Shown here piece by piece: positions 30,061 through 42,381 of a stretch of 64,000 bases of DNA. The stretch covers positions 195,537-259,536 of the forward strand of contig CAVZQM010000001.1 in NCBI GenBank assembly GCA_963777495.1, in the 5' to 3' direction. The notes under the pieces are model-generated. The model was not told where the DNA came from. It did no database searches and saw nothing but the letters and a program-made list of their open reading frames with translations. This DNA is from an uncultured Actinomycetes bacterium. Its GTDB lineage: Bacteria > Actinomycetota > UBA4738 > HRBIN12. Position numbers and translations under genes: made by a program. Each line of letters opens with the position of its first letter. Within the stretch, counting starts at the first letter, position 1.

Positions 30061-31412
30061 CCTCCACGAGCTGTGCGCCGCCGCGGTCGACGCCGCGACG
30101 GGCGACGAGGCCGTCGAGGCGTACGCCGAGGAGTCGCGTCAGACCGAGGCGAGCGCGCTGCGCGGCGAGATCGAGGGGCTCACGTTCGCGGAGTCCCGCG
30201 GGCGTCGGCGTGCGGCTGATCGCCGGACGGACGGCTCGGGTACGCGTACGCGGCCGACCCGACGCGCCGAGGAGGTGCGCGACGCGGTGCGGCGCGCGCG
30301 CGAGAACGCCGCGCTCGCGCGAGCCCGACGAGTTCAACGTGCTGCCGACGCCGCGCCGCCGGCCGAGCCGATCGCCGCGCTGTATCGCGAGGATCAGGCG
30401 GTCGATCCCGACCGACCGGAAGGTCGCGCTCGCGCTGGACCTCGAGCGACGGGCGATCTCGATCGACCCGCGCGCGTCACGAAGATCGACGCCGCGCAGA
30501 TCGGCGACGCGGTCGTCGCGGGTCGCGATCGCGTCGACGACGGGCGTTCAGGCCGAGTACGCGCGGACCGACGCGTGGTGCGTGGTCGTCTCGCTCGCCG
30601 TCGAGGGCGACGAGACGCAGACGGGGTTCTCGTTCACGATCGGCGCGCGGCTCGACGACCTGGGTTGGGAGGCGATCGCCGACGAGGCCGTCGCAGCGCG
30701 CGGTGCGCATGCTCGGCGCCGACGAAGCCGCCGACCACGAAGGTGCCGATCGTGCTCGATCAGTTCGCGGCGATGTCGTTCCTCGGCGTGCTCGCCGGCG
30801 CGCTGTCGGCCGAGGCCGTGCTGAAGCAGCGTTCGCTGTTCGCCGACGATGGTCGGCCAGCAGGTCGGCTCCGAGCTGTTCACGCTGGTCGACGACGGGA
30901 CGCTCACGATCGGGACCGGCGGCCTCGCCGTTCGACGACGAGGGCGTGCCCACCGGGCGGACCGAGCTGTTCACGCGCGGCACGCTGAACGGGTTCCTCC
31001 ACAACACGTACACCGCCGTCGCGGACCGGCGGCGACCGCGCTCGACCGGCAACGCGAAGCGCGGCGGGTACAAGAGCACGCCCGGCGTGGGGACGTCGAA
31101 CTTCTACCTCGAGCCGGGCGAGCTGTCGTTCGAGGAGCTGCTCGCGACGCGCCGAAGGCGGCGTGCTGATCCAGGACGTCAGCGGCGTGCACTCGGGCGC
31201 GAACCCGATCAGCGGGGAGTTCTCGGTGGGCGCGACCGGCCTGCGGATCGCCGGCGGCGCGCTGGGCGAGCCGCTCCGCGAGATGACGGTCGCGACGACG
31301 CTCCCCGACATGCTGCGCCGGCATCACCGGCGTCGGGAGCGACCTCCGCTTCTTCTCCTCGGTCGGGACGCCGTCGATCCTGATCGGCGAGATGACCCTC
31401 GCCGGCGTGTAG
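30053..31412 (+). CDS. tldE: PmbA/TldE family protein (frameshifted)
   Basis: GTG start overlaps the tldD stop (GTGCCTGA); conserved …GEIEGLTFAESRG… and C-terminal …LIQDVSGVHSGANPISGEFSVGATGLRI… segments lie in different frames. Confidence 0.75.
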
Positions 31413-31421
31413 GCACGCCGC

Positions 31422-31943
31422 GTGGACGACGTTCGTATCACCAGGGCCGGCGCGGAACGGATCGACGACCTGGGGCACCTGTGGAAAGAGCTGCAGGAGT
31501 ATCACCTTTCGGTCGACCCGGGACTCCGCCGGATCCCGCCGAGGACGCCGGACGATTCCTGGCCGCGCCGTCGCGCGAAGTACGTCGAGTGGTTGCGCCA
31601 TCCGGACGCCTTCGTCCTGCTGGCCGAGGATGCGGAGCGCCCGGTCGGCTACGCCCTCGTGAGCATCCACGAGCCGGCGGATGACACCCACGTCACCGGC
31701 GAGAGATGGGCGGAGCTGCAGTCGTTGTCTGTCACGCCTCATGTGCGGGGCGCCGGCCTGGGCACGCGGCTGATGGAACAGCTCTACGTCGAGCTCCGTG
31801 CGGCGGAGATCCACGAGCTCGCGATCAGCGTCATCGCCACCAACGAGCGAGCGATGCGGTTCTACGAGCGACAGGGTTTCCGGCCGTGGGTGGTGACGAC
31901 GTTGGGCAGGGTCCCCGACGTCGAGTCGTCCGTAACGGACTAG
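31422..31943 (+). CDS. GNAT family N-acetyltransferase
   Basis: 173-aa ORF; acetyl-CoA binding motif A (VRGAGLGTRLM) and motif B (RFYERQGF). Confidence 0.75.
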   Translation: MDDVRITRAGAERIDDLGHLWKELQEYHLSVDPGLRRIPPRTPDDSWPRRRAKYVEWLRHPDAFVLLAEDAERPVGYALVSIHEPADDTHVTGERWAELQSLSVTPHVRGAGLGTRLMEQLYVELRAAEIHELAISVIATNERAMRFYERQGFRPWVVTTLGRVPDVESSVTD

Positions 31944-32784
31944 ATCGTGGCCGAGCGAGCGCCGGTCGCGATCAGGACGAACACCAGCGCCGCCACGGCC
32001 AGCCGGTAGATCATGAACACCTTGAAGCTGTGCCGTCGCAGGTAGCCGAGCAGCGCCCAGATCACGACGAAGCCGCTGATCGCCGACGACACGAACCCCC
32101 AGAAGAACTCGTTCGCGTAGCCCTGGAACCCCGACTCCAGCGAGGTCCAGGCCCTTGAACAGCCCGGCGCCGGCGGTGATCGGGATCGCCAGCAGGAACG
32201 AGAACCTCGCCGCCGACTCGCGATCGATCCCGATCCACCGCGCGGCGGTCATGGTGATGCCGGAGCGGGAGACGCCCGGCGACAACGCCATCGCCTGCGC
32301 GAAGCCGAGCCCGATGCCCGTTCGAACGCCGATGGTGTCGATAGCCGCGATCGCTCGGTGAGCGAGCGTCGACCCACCACAGGACGACGCCGAAGACCGC
32401 GAGCATCACCGCGATCAACCACGGCTGCGCCGAGGTGTTCCTGGATCGGCCCCTCGAGGGCCGCACCGATCGCGGCGCCGGGGATCGTGCCCAGCACGAG
32501 CGCCCACGCGAGACGCTGATCCTGATCCTGGATCGCTCGGTGCGCGGACGGAAGCGAACCACGCCCGCAGGTACCGCACGAGGTCGGCACGGAAGTAGAT
32601 GATCGCCCCGAGCAACGTCCCCATGTGGAGCGCCACGTCGAACGTCTTGTTCAACGCCACGTCGTCCACGATGGACCAGCCGAAGAGCCACGGGACCAGG
32701 ATCAGATGCCCGGAACTCGAGACGGGCGCGAACTCGGTCACGCCTTGCGTCAGGCCGAGCACGATCGCTTGCAGGACGGTCAAG
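31940..32784 (-). CDS. uppP: undecaprenyl-diphosphate phosphatase (frameshifted)
   Basis: TTG start with RBS GAGAGGA; MTVLQAIVLGLTQGVTEFAPVSSSGHLIL…; C-terminus …FFWGFVSSAISGF…; stop overlaps the GNAT stop (CTAG); several frame switches. Confidence 0.8.
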
Positions 32785-32814
32785 GGGGTCCTCTCGGTGG
32801 AAGGTCGGCGCCAT

Positions 32815-33556
32815 GCTACGCCACCCGGCGGCGTCCGACCCGGCATCCGGCGGGGAGTTCTGGTGCCTATCCCGTCGGTGACGGCGAGGGCTCGCGGACC
32901 CATGATCGCGATCAGCAGCTGGCCGAACGCGCGCGCGTAGGCGAGTCGCGCTGCCGCGTCGCCGTCGACGAGGAGCACGACCGCGGCACCCGGATCGCCG
33001 GCCGGCGTCCCGCCGATGCCGGCACCCGTCGCGGCGTCGTCGCTCGAGGATCCGCACCACCTCGAGCTCGCTCGCCACGAGCTCGGTGTGCGGCCGCCCG
33101 CCGCCGTACGTCGCGTACACGTCGACCCGGTCGCCCGGGCGGAGGGCGCTCGCCGGGACGCCGCTCGGGACGACCACCGCGCGAAGACCGTCGGGGACCA
33201 AGGCCGCGACCGGTCCGACCGCCGTTCCGGCGAGCCGGACCTGCGTGAGGATCTCGCCGGCCTGCGACGTCCGCCGCCAGCACGCGCCCTTCGACCGGAT
33301 GCCGCGTCGACGATGGCACCGGGCGGGACGAACTCCGCGGGAACGGACGATGTCGCCAGCATGTCGGCCGAGAGCACCGTCCCCCGCGGCAGGTCGGTGA
33401 CGGCCGTCACGGTCGCCGACCGGTCGCACCGACCGCCGGATGCCGCGCCTCGACCCGTTCCTGATAGCCACGGACCAATACGAACGCCGATCCGCCGAGC
33501 AGCACGGCGATCCCCACGAGGATCTTCGAAGCGAGCGGCCAGCGACGACGGAGCAT
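32815..33556 (-). CDS. cpaB: Flp pilus assembly protein CpaB/RcpC-like (SAF domain; frameshifted; 3' end approximate)
   Basis: N-terminal TM (KILVGIAVLLGGSAFVLV); SAF region …DLPRGTVLSADMLA…VPPGAIVDA…; GDRVDVYATYGG and TELVASELEVV blocks typical of CpaB. Confidence 0.5.
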
Positions 33557-33624
33557 CGTCGAAGGTTCACACCGTCGCCCGTCCGCTACCGTGACCGTCG
33601 TCACGAACCGCGACGGCGATGCGA

Positions 33625-33807
33625 TCACTCGACCGGACGGGGCCCCTTCCTCCGACCGAGCGGGATCGTCCGTACGCGGAACTCCTCGAGCGCTTCGCGG
33701 CCGACGATCAGACGCACGGACTCCTCGATGCGATCGCCGAGCCCCTGGGCGTCGCCCTCGGTCTTGAACGTCAGCTCGATGCGAACGAGGACCTGTTCGC
33801 CGGTCAT
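33625..33807 (-). CDS. small hypothetical protein (60 aa)
   Basis: ATG overlaps the mtnP stop (TCATGA); [43 protein letters not shown]…. Confidence 0.35.
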   Translation of the reverse strand: MTGEQVLVRIELTFKTEGDAQGLGDRIEESVRLIVGREALEEFRVRTIPLGRRKGPRPVE

Positions 33808-34604
33808 GAGACCTCGAACCGAGCGCCGCTGAGGGCGGTGGCGCACGGGCAGTCGCGGGCCTCGGGGAGCGCGGGGATCACGGCGAACAGCAGGTCGCGG
33901 AGCTTCTCGTTGTTCTCGGCGAAGACGCGGACGACCTCTTCGTGCGTGACCGGCGGCACGCCCTCGACGCCCACGTCGTAGTCCGTGATCAGCGAGATGT
34001 TGGCGTAGCAGAGCTCCAGCTCGCGCGCGAGGACGGCCTCGGGGTACTGGGTCATGTTGATGACCTCCCAACCCGCCGACGCGAACCAGGCCGATTCGGC
34101 CCGGCGTCGAGAACCGCGGGCCTTCGATCACCACGACCGTCCCGCGATCGTGGAGCGGGATGTCCAGCGCGCGACCGCGCGCGATCGCGACCTCGCGCAT
34201 CGTGGGGCAGTACGGGATCGGCGAACGAGATGTGCGTGGTCTCGGGACCGTCGTAGAACGTGTTCGGCCGGTCGTTCGTGCGGTCGACCAGCTGATCGCA
34301 GATCACGAAGTCGCCGGGCTTCACCGTCGGCTGCAGCGAACCGCAGGCGTTCGGGCCGAGCACGCGCGTCACCCCCAGCTCCTTCATGGCCCAGACGTTC
34401 GCCCGGTAGGGGACGCGATGCGGCGGGTACTCGTGCTTCACGCCGTGGCGGGGGATGAACGCGACCCGCGCGGCCCCCGACGTCGCCGATCACCGGGGGA
34501 GCCGACGGCTTGCCGTACGGCGTGTCGACGTCGACGGTCTCGGTGGACTCCAGGAACGAGTAGAACCCGGACCCGCCGAACACGCCGATGTCTGCCGACG
34601 TCAT
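33804..34604 (-). CDS. mtnP: S-methyl-5'-thioadenosine phosphorylase (frameshifted)
   Basis: [15 protein letters not shown]…[11 protein letters not shown]…[14 protein letters not shown]…[10 protein letters not shown]…[28 protein letters not shown] spread over four ORFs; ATG overlaps the fmdB stop (ATGA). Confidence 0.8.
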
Positions 34605-35020
34605 GAGCCCTTCTTCCTCCCGGGTCCGGACTTCGATGCCTCGGAGCCCGAACCGGAGCCCGAGCCGCCGGACGAGCCGGAGGCGGCGCTCGTGGACGCG
34701 GCGGGCTTCTCGGCGGGCTTCGATGACTCCTTCGTGTCGTTCGTGCCGCTCTTGGTATCCGAGGACCCCGTGGAGGCGGCTGGTTTCTCCCCGGACGTCT
34801 CGCCCGATCGGTCTCCCGCGTCTCCGATGCCGACTTCGACTTCTTGCCGTGATCCGTCGCGTAGAAGCCCGACCCCTTGAACGAGATCGCCGGCGGCGCG
34901 AACACCTTACGCAGCTCGCCTCCGCAGACGGGACATGCCGTCAGCGGCTCGTCGTTCATCGACCTGCACGACGTCGAACGTGTGCCCGCAGATGCGACAG
35001 CGGTACTCGTAGGTGGGCAT
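34601..35020 (-). CDS. FmdB family zinc-ribbon regulatory protein (frameshifted)
   Basis: MPTYEYRCRICGHTFDVVQ…LTACPVCGG CxxC…CxxC ribbon, then a Ser/Gly/Lys-rich tail in a second frame. Confidence 0.6.
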
Positions 35021-35502
35021 GACGCGGTGGAGTGTAGCGGGAGGTTCGAGCGCGCCCGTCGCACGCCGGACGCACGACGACCTGGCCTTTCGGCGGAACC
35101 GTATCCGACCTTTCGGTTTAGCCTTCCAGCGGATGCCCGTATCACCCGGGAAGGCTACGGTCATCGCCTGCGAATCGCGGTGCGCCGCGCCCGCGGAGCG
35201 CCACCGGAACGATCCAAGGAGGTCGTCATGCCAGGGTCAGGGTTCGCGCGAGAAGCGAGGCGACGTCCTGATCTCGATCTGCTGTTCGGGCCCGTCGAAG
35301 CCGCCGCCATCGAGAACGACGACGGCGTCGCGTCGGACGTCACCGTGCTCGACGGAGGTGGAGCTCATCGATCCGATCGGAGCTGCCGACGTGGAGAGAG
35401 GACGGATGAGCGAGCCAGCTCACGTGACGACGCGTCGGAAAGGCCATACACTCATGAACGCCCGCCGTCGATCCGAGGGCCACGGCAAGAGAGGGTCGCT
35501 TC

Positions 35503-36383
35503 ATGCCGGTCAGGAAAGCCGTCATCCCCGCGGCAGGTCTCGGGACGCGCTTCCTGCCGGCGACCAAGGCCCAGCAGAAGGCGATGCTCCCGGTCGTCGA
35601 CAAGCCCTCGATCCAGTACGTGGTCGAGGAGGCCGTGCGCGCCGGCCTGACCGACATCCTGGTCATCACCGGCCGCGGCAACCGCTCGCTCGAGGACCAC
35701 TTCGATCGATCGTTCGAGCTCGAGCACTTCCTGGAGTCCAAGGGCAAGTTCGACGAGCTCAAGGAGGTCCAAGAGATCAGCGACATGGCGACGATCCACT
35801 ACATCCGCCAGAAGGATCCGCTCGGTCTGGGGCACGCCGTGTCGGTGGCCGAGGAACACGTGAACGGCGAGCCGTTCGCCGTCTTGCTCGGTGACGACCT
35901 GATCCACCACTCCATGCCGCTCTTGCGCCGAGATGCTCCGCGTGCACGAGCGGTACGGACGCAGCGTCATCGCCGTCCAGGAGGTACGGCCCGAGGAGAT
36001 CCGCGTTCTACGGGTGCGTCGAGCCGGAGTTCGTCGAGGAGAACCTCGCGCGCGTGATGTCGATCGTCGAGAAGCCGGCCCCCGGCACCGAGCCGTCGAA
36101 CCTCGCGGCGATCGGCCGGTACGTGCTGACGCACGACATCTTCGACGCGCTGCGCGAGACCGAGCCGGGCGCGGGCGGCGAGATCCAGCTGACGGACGCG
36201 ATCAACGCGCTCGCGAAGGAGCAGGCGTTCTACGCGTACGCGTTCGATCACGGCCGGTACGACGTCGGCAACAAGCTCGACTACCTCAAGGCGACGGTCG
36301 AGTTCGCCCTCGAGCGCGACGACATCGGCGACGATTTCCGCCGGTACCTCCAGGACCTGCTGAAGGACGACCGGCTCCGCTGA
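35503..36383 (+). CDS. galU: UTP--glucose-1-phosphate uridylyltransferase (frameshifted)
   Basis: [20 protein letters not shown]…VDKP…; central …[15 protein letters not shown]… and C-terminal …SIVEKPAPG…GRYVL… segments in two other frames. Confidence 0.85.
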
Positions 36384-36426
36384 AGGTCCCGCCCGGTTCC
36401 GCGACACCTCTGAGTAGACTGCGGGC

Positions 36427-37692
36427 ATGGCCGAGCGTCGCCACGTCCACGATCACGACGACGTCGCCGGGCTCGTCTCCGTCGAGGACGCGCGCGCGAA
36501 CGTCCTGTCGCAGATCCATCCGCTCGCGCCGCTGCAGCTGCCGCTGACCGAGGCGTACGGGTGCGTGGTCGCCGAGGACACCGTCGCCGAGAAGGACCTG
36601 CCCGAGTTCGCGTCGTCGGCGATGGACGGGTTCGCGGTGCGCTCGTCCGACGTGGCCGGCGCCACCCCGTCGTCGCCCGATCGGAGCTGAAGATCGTGGG
36701 CAGCGCGCGGATCGGCCGCCGTCCCGATGCGGTCGTGGGCGGCGGCGAGGCCGTGCGCATCGCCACCGGCGCGCCGATCCCGGCGGGCGCCGACACCGTG
36801 GTGCCGATCGAGAACGCCGAGCCCGGAGGCGAGATGGCGACGATCTTCGACGGGCCGCCCGCAGGTCAGCACATCCGCCCGTCCGGCGAGGACGTGCGGG
36901 CCGGGCAGGTGCTGGTGCCGAGCGGGCAAACGGCTGGGCCCACCGGAGATGGGGCTGCTCGCCAACGCGGGCTTCCCCCATCCGCTCGTGCACCCGCGCC
37001 CGCGCGTCATCGTGCTCTCGACCGGCGACGAGCTGATCCCGCCGACCGAGACGCCCGAGTTCGGACAGGTGCGCGACTCGAACGCGTACATGATCTTCTC
37101 CGCGTTGCGTGACGTCGGCGCCCAGCCCGTCCTGGCCGGCATCGTGAAGGACGACGTGGATGCGCTGAAGGAGACCGTGCTGAGCTACCTGATCCAGGCC
37201 GACGCGTTCATCTCGTCGGGCGGCGTCTCCGTCGGCGAGCGCGACGTGGTCAAGGCGGCGTTCTTCCGCCGCGGCGAGGTCGACTTCTACAAGGTGGCGA
37301 TGCAGCCCGGCATGCCGCAGGGGTTCGGACACATCGAGGGCAAGCCGTACTTCGGCCTGCCGGGCAACCCGGTCAGCGTCTTCGTGAGCTTCGAGATCTT
37401 CGTCCGCCCCTCGATCCTCAAGATGATGGGACGCACGCAGCTGTTCCGCCCGGAGGTGACGGCCACGCTCGCCGAGGACGTCGCCGGCCCGAAGGGCAAG
37501 CTGCAGTTCGCCCGCGTGCGGCTCGAGCGCGGCAGCGACGGATGGATCGCGACGCCGACCGGTTCGCGCGGCTCGAACCTGATCTCGACCGTCGTGCGGG
37601 CGAACGGCCTCGCCATGGTGCCGGTCGGCACCGCGGTCGCGGAGGCCGGCTCCGAGGTCCGCGTCATGGTGTTCCGCTCCTCGGAGGACTGA
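36427..37692 (+). CDS. moeA: molybdopterin molybdotransferase (frameshifted)
   Basis: MoeA N-terminal domain, GGVSVGERD motif, GLPGNPVS motif; three ORFs in different frames. Confidence 0.85.
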
Positions 37693-37693
37693 G

Positions 37694-38145
37694 GTGGACC
37701 GACGCGGCGCGGATCGTCGAGGTGGGCGAGAAGCAGGTCACGGATCGCGAGGCGACGGCCGAGTGCATCCTGTCGATGACGCCCGAGGCGTGCGCCCACC
37801 TGATCGCCGGAACGCGCAAGGGCAACCCGATCGAGGCCGCGCGGATCGCCGGCCTGATGGGCGTCAAGCGCACGCCCGACCTGCTCCCGTTCTGTCACCC
37901 GATCGCCGTGACCGGCGCCGAGGTCGTCGTCGAGCCGGACCAGGCCGCGGGCACGATCCGCGTCGCAGGTGACCGTCCGGGCCAAGGACCGAACCGGCGT
38001 CGAGATGGAGGCGCTCACCGCGGCCGCCGTCGCCGCGCTCAGCCTCTACGACACCACGAAGGAGTTCGACCGCGCGGCGCGGATCGACGGCCTGCGGCTG
38101 CTCGCGAAGTCGGGCGGCAAGAGCGGCGACTACCGCTCCGATTGA
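37694..38145 (+). CDS. moaC: cyclic pyranopterin monophosphate synthase (frameshifted)
   Basis: GTG after RBS GGAGGA immediately follows the moeA stop; [29 protein letters not shown] and C-terminal …[21 protein letters not shown]… in a shifted frame. Confidence 0.8.
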
Positions 38146-38168
38146 CGTAGCGCGACTCGCGACGCGCG

Positions 38169-41100
38169 TCACCGGAGCGACGCTGCCGCCTCGACGACCC
38201 GAGCCACCTGCGGGGCCGCCAGGTAGCGATCGCCTCGCTCCGGTGCCAGCGCGGCACGCGATCTCCCGGATGATCGACGCGGCCGCTCGCAGCTCGCGCC
38301 TCGCCATCGGAGGCGCTCTCGGCGCTGCATCGCGGCGGCGGCCGAGGGCGACCCGCGAACGCCAGCGGAGCAACGGCGACCCTCCGGGGCCGTCGGCCAG
38401 CCGGACGGCGGTACGCAGCTGCCTCCGCCGCGGCCTCGTGCGCCCCTGTGCCGACAGCGCGGACCCGAGCGTGATCAACGACGCGATCTCGTACTTCCGG
38501 CGTTTCACGGACCGCGCCATCTCGAGCGACCGGCGTGACCAGGTCACCGCGTCGTCGAGGCGGCCGACCTCGAGCTCGGCATCGGCGCGGACCGACGCGA
38601 GCCGCCCCGTGATCAGCCAGCGCTCCCAGCCCCGGCACGCCAAGGCGTCGTCCCAGGCGGAGGGCCACGCACGTTCGCACGGCGCCGACGTCCTCCAGCA
38701 GCAGGTCGGCGCCGATGACGTCGGCGCGGGCGTTCATCCACGGCATGTCGAAATCCGAGGGCCCGAGCCGGTCGGCGACGAGCGAGCTCCGTTCGAGCGC
38801 CTCGTCCAGCCAGAAGATGTCTCGCAGCGTCATCGTCGAGTAGTTCGTGACGACGTTGTCGCCCCGTCCCATCCTGCGGGCCGTCGCGATCGCACCGTCC
38901 GCCACGCGGCGAGCGCTTCCTCGTAGCGGCCCATCCCCGAGAGGATGAGCCCTTCGAGCCCGGCGCCGCGAAGCGACGTACTCGGCGCTCAGGGGTCGAG
39001 GCCGCCGGTCGCCGCCGCCAACCGCGACAGCTCCAGGGCTCGGGGGTAGTCGCCGGTCCAGTAGAAGTTGTCGGCGTGCATGTGGTACTGCTCGGCCAGC
39101 TCCAGCTGCCGGGTCCCGGGCACCCACATCTCGAGCGCGCGATCCTGTAGTCTCGATCGCGCGATCGAGATCGCCCTCCTCGCCTCGCATCGCGTAGCGT
39201 GGCACCCCAGGATCGCCGATCGCGGGAGCTTCGAGCTCGATCGTGCCGCTCGCCGCCGCGAGGTCTGCCGCCCGTTGCGACAGCGCCAGCGTCTCCTCCG
39301 CCTGCTCCGTCCAGAACGTCGACCGCGCGCGCGCCAGGATCGCCTCGATCTCCTCGCGTCCGTCGAGCTCGGGGATCAGCGCACGCGAGCTCGTCGTCGG
39401 CGCGCGAGAACTGCTCCTGCTCGGCGAGCGCGAGGCCGCGGCGGAGGCGGATGCTCCGGCGGTCGGCGTCCGTGTCCGCGAGCTCGAGGGCGCGCGTGTA
39501 GAAGTCGTACGTCTCCTCCACGGCGAGCGCCGCGCGTGCGCGATCGCCCGCCGCGAGGAGGTACTCGACGGCTCGCGCCGGCTCGCCGCCTTCGCGCCAG
39601 TGGAACGCGAGGACCCAGGCGAGCTCCGTCGGATCGGGCACCGACGCCTCGATCACCCGCGCCGTCGCCGCATGGAGGTCGCGGCGCAGCCCTCGGGGAG
39701 CGTGGCGTACGCGACGTCGCGGATCAGCACGTGCTTGAACGCGTACTCCACGTCGCCCTCGACCTGGCTCTGCGGATGTCGCCGGACGAGTCCGCGCGTC
39801 TCCAGGGCCTCCAAGCGACGCGTCCACGTCGCCGAGCTCGCCGATCCCTTCGAGCACGCCGCTCCAGAACGACTGCCCGATCACGGACGCGTGCAGCAGC
39901 GCCGTCCGCGCGTCGGGAGGAGCGCGTCGATCCGTGCGGCGATGGCGGCGCGCACGGTCGCGGGCAGGTCGTCCGTCGCCGACTCGTCCCCGAGCGCCGC
40001 CACCAGCTCCTCGATGAACAGCGGATTTCCCTCCGCCGTGGCGACGACCTTCGCGACCGTGGACGGGTCGGCTGCCGCGAGCAGCGAACCGACGACCTCG
40101 GCCGATTCCACGGACGTGAGAGGCTCCAGCGTCAGCGTCGTCTGTCCGACCACACCGGCGCCCCACGTGGGACGAACCTCCAGGAACTCCGGCCGCGCGA
40201 GCGCGAGGAACGCGACGGGGTGATCGTGGATGTGCGCGATCAGGTAGTCGATCAGGTCCAGCAGCGAATCGTCCGCCCAGTGCACGTCCTCGAACACGAG
40301 CAGCAACGGACCGCGCTCCGACAGGAGCTCGACGATCCGGCGCGCGGCGAAGAGCAGGTGGATCGGCTCCGACGCCGGTTCTCCGACGCCCAGTCCGAGC
40401 ATCAGCGAGAGGTAGCGCGTCGCGTCGGCGGCCTCCGCCGTCGGGGAAGAGCGAGCCGACGAGCGCCCCGAGCTTCTGCCGGGCCACGTCGACGCCGTCG
40501 TTCTCGTAGATGCCCGCGGCCCGACGCAGGATCTGGCCGAACGCGCGGTACGGCGTCTGCTCCTCGTACGGGCAGGCTCCGACCCCACAGGATGCGCCCG
40601 CCCCGCCCCTGGACGACGGCGGCGATCTCCTCCGCCAGCCGCGACTTCCCGATCCCGGCGGGCCCGACCACCGTGACGAGGTGTGGCGACGCCGCGGTGA
40701 CCGCGCGGTCCCACACGGTCCGGATCAGCAGGACCTCTCGGTCCCGCCCGACGAGCGGCGTCGTCGAGGTCGGTCGCTCCGCCGGCGATACGAGCGCACG
40801 CTCAACGAGCCATGCCGCCACCGGGTCGCGTTTCCCCTTCGCGTCGACGGACTCCAGCGCCCGGTAGTCGAACGCGTGGCGGGTGAGACGGTAGGTCTCG
40901 TCGCCCACGACGGCTCGGCCGACGGGCGCTGCGGACTGCAGACGGGCGGCCGTGTTGACCACGTCGCCCGTCGCGAGGGCGTCGGCAGGCGCGGCGTCGA
41001 CGGAGACGATGGCTTCGCCGGTGCATACGGCGGCACGCACCTGGATGTCGAGGCTCTCATCGCGTTCGTTCAACGACGCGATGCCCTCGAGGATGCTCAG

Positions 41101-41427
41101 GGACGCGCGCACCGCTCGCTCCGCGTCGTCGCTCCGCGCGAGCGGCGCGCCGAACACGGCCATCACCGCATCCCCGACGTACTTCTCGATGGTGCCGCCG
41201 TGCCGCTCGATCCGGTCGCGAACCTCCCGGTAATACACCTGGTTGCGATCACGGATGTCCTCGGGATCCGCACCGTCGGCCCGGGCGGTCGAGCCCACGA
41301 CGTCGACGAACAACACCGAGATGAACTTCCGCTCCTCAACGACGCCGCCCGTCCCGATGGGGACGCCGCACGACGGGCAGAACCGGGCGTCGACCGGAAC
41401 CTGCGAGCCACAGCGCGAACAGGTCAT
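38169..41427 (-). CDS. large multidomain regulator: Zn-ribbon + class III adenylate/guanylate cyclase + AAA/NB-ARC-like ATPase + TPR-like repeats (frameshifted)
   Basis: CSRCG…CPSCG ribbon; cyclase CHD (ISVLFVDVVGST…KYVGDAVMAVFG…GDVVNTAARL); P-loop GPAGIGKS; hhhhDD Walker B (LLLVFEDVHWAD); C-terminal helical repeats; at least four frame switches. Confidence 0.7.
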
Positions 41428-41484
41428 CGCGCAACCTCGCGGAGCGTGTGTCGGGCCGTCGTCATCCTCCAGGACGATAGTCCG

Positions 41485-42202
41485 CTACGTGCCGGTCAAC
41501 GAGAAGTGCATGTAGTCCTTCAGCGAGTTCCAGTCCCCGCCCCAGCCCCATCCGATCTCCGCGAAGGAGCGCACGACCGCGTCGTGTCGGTGGATCATCC
41601 CCTGGAGGTGCTGGGTGCGGTCGAGGTACGGGCAGACACGCCTTGCGCAGCACCTCGCCGTCACCGGTCACGTACGGGTTCTGCGTCGGGTTGATGTCGA
41701 TCGCCCATCCGTAGGAGTGCTGCGAGAAGCCGCTCGTCTGCCCGGTCACCGGTCGACAGTTGAACGACGCGCTCACGTTCTTGGTGCTGTACCAGTCGGA
41801 CGGCCGCGGCGGGCGCCATGCCGCGGCCAGCGCGATCTTCTGGATGGCGAACCCGGCGTCGAACAGCCGATGGAACACCGAGAGGACGTCGTCGGCGACC
41901 GTCTCGTTGATGATGAGCGGCCCCTGCTTCACGCGCCCGCCGAACGTCCAGTAGCTCACCGTCACCAGACGGAGGTCGCGGATGGGAACGGGACAGCCGG
42001 GGTGCCAGTTCCGTCCGATCAGCTCCTCACGGAGCTCCGCGTCGATCCAGCGCACCGACCCGACGAAGACCGCGGTCCCGTGGCCCGTCCGGCGATCGTC
42101 GCCGACGGAGCCCTCGCGGCATGCGCCGGGGGCGCACGCCACCAGCGTCACGACGAGCAGCAACGCGGCGAGCGCCATCGTCGATGCGTTCATCGTGTCC
42201 AT
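41485..42202 (-). CDS. peptidase M15 family (D-Ala-D-Ala carboxypeptidase / VanY-like) lipoprotein (one frameshift)
   Basis: Lipobox LVAC; zinc-binding HSYGWAIDIN; C-terminal DWNSLKDYMHFSL recovered in a shifted frame from about 41655. Confidence 0.75.
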
Positions 42203-42381
42203 CGCCGCGTCGGAGGGTGAGGGCCGGATGGCCGGACGACGGGCGGCTATCGCCTACGGAGTCGGTGCATCGGGCTGAAATCACATCGATGTGCTTTCCC
42301 ACACCATATGTCGCTGCTACCGTGCTGTTCCCGCCTAGATGTTGTGTTCGAACCGGGGGTCGACAGGCAGGAGGCTGGCGC

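Noticed and set aside
31209-33570. Long minus-strand ORFs of 360-502 aa
   Set aside because: They are composites: short real segments of uppP and cpaB embedded in long junk extensions created by frameshifts. The genes were reconstructed from conserved blocks instead.
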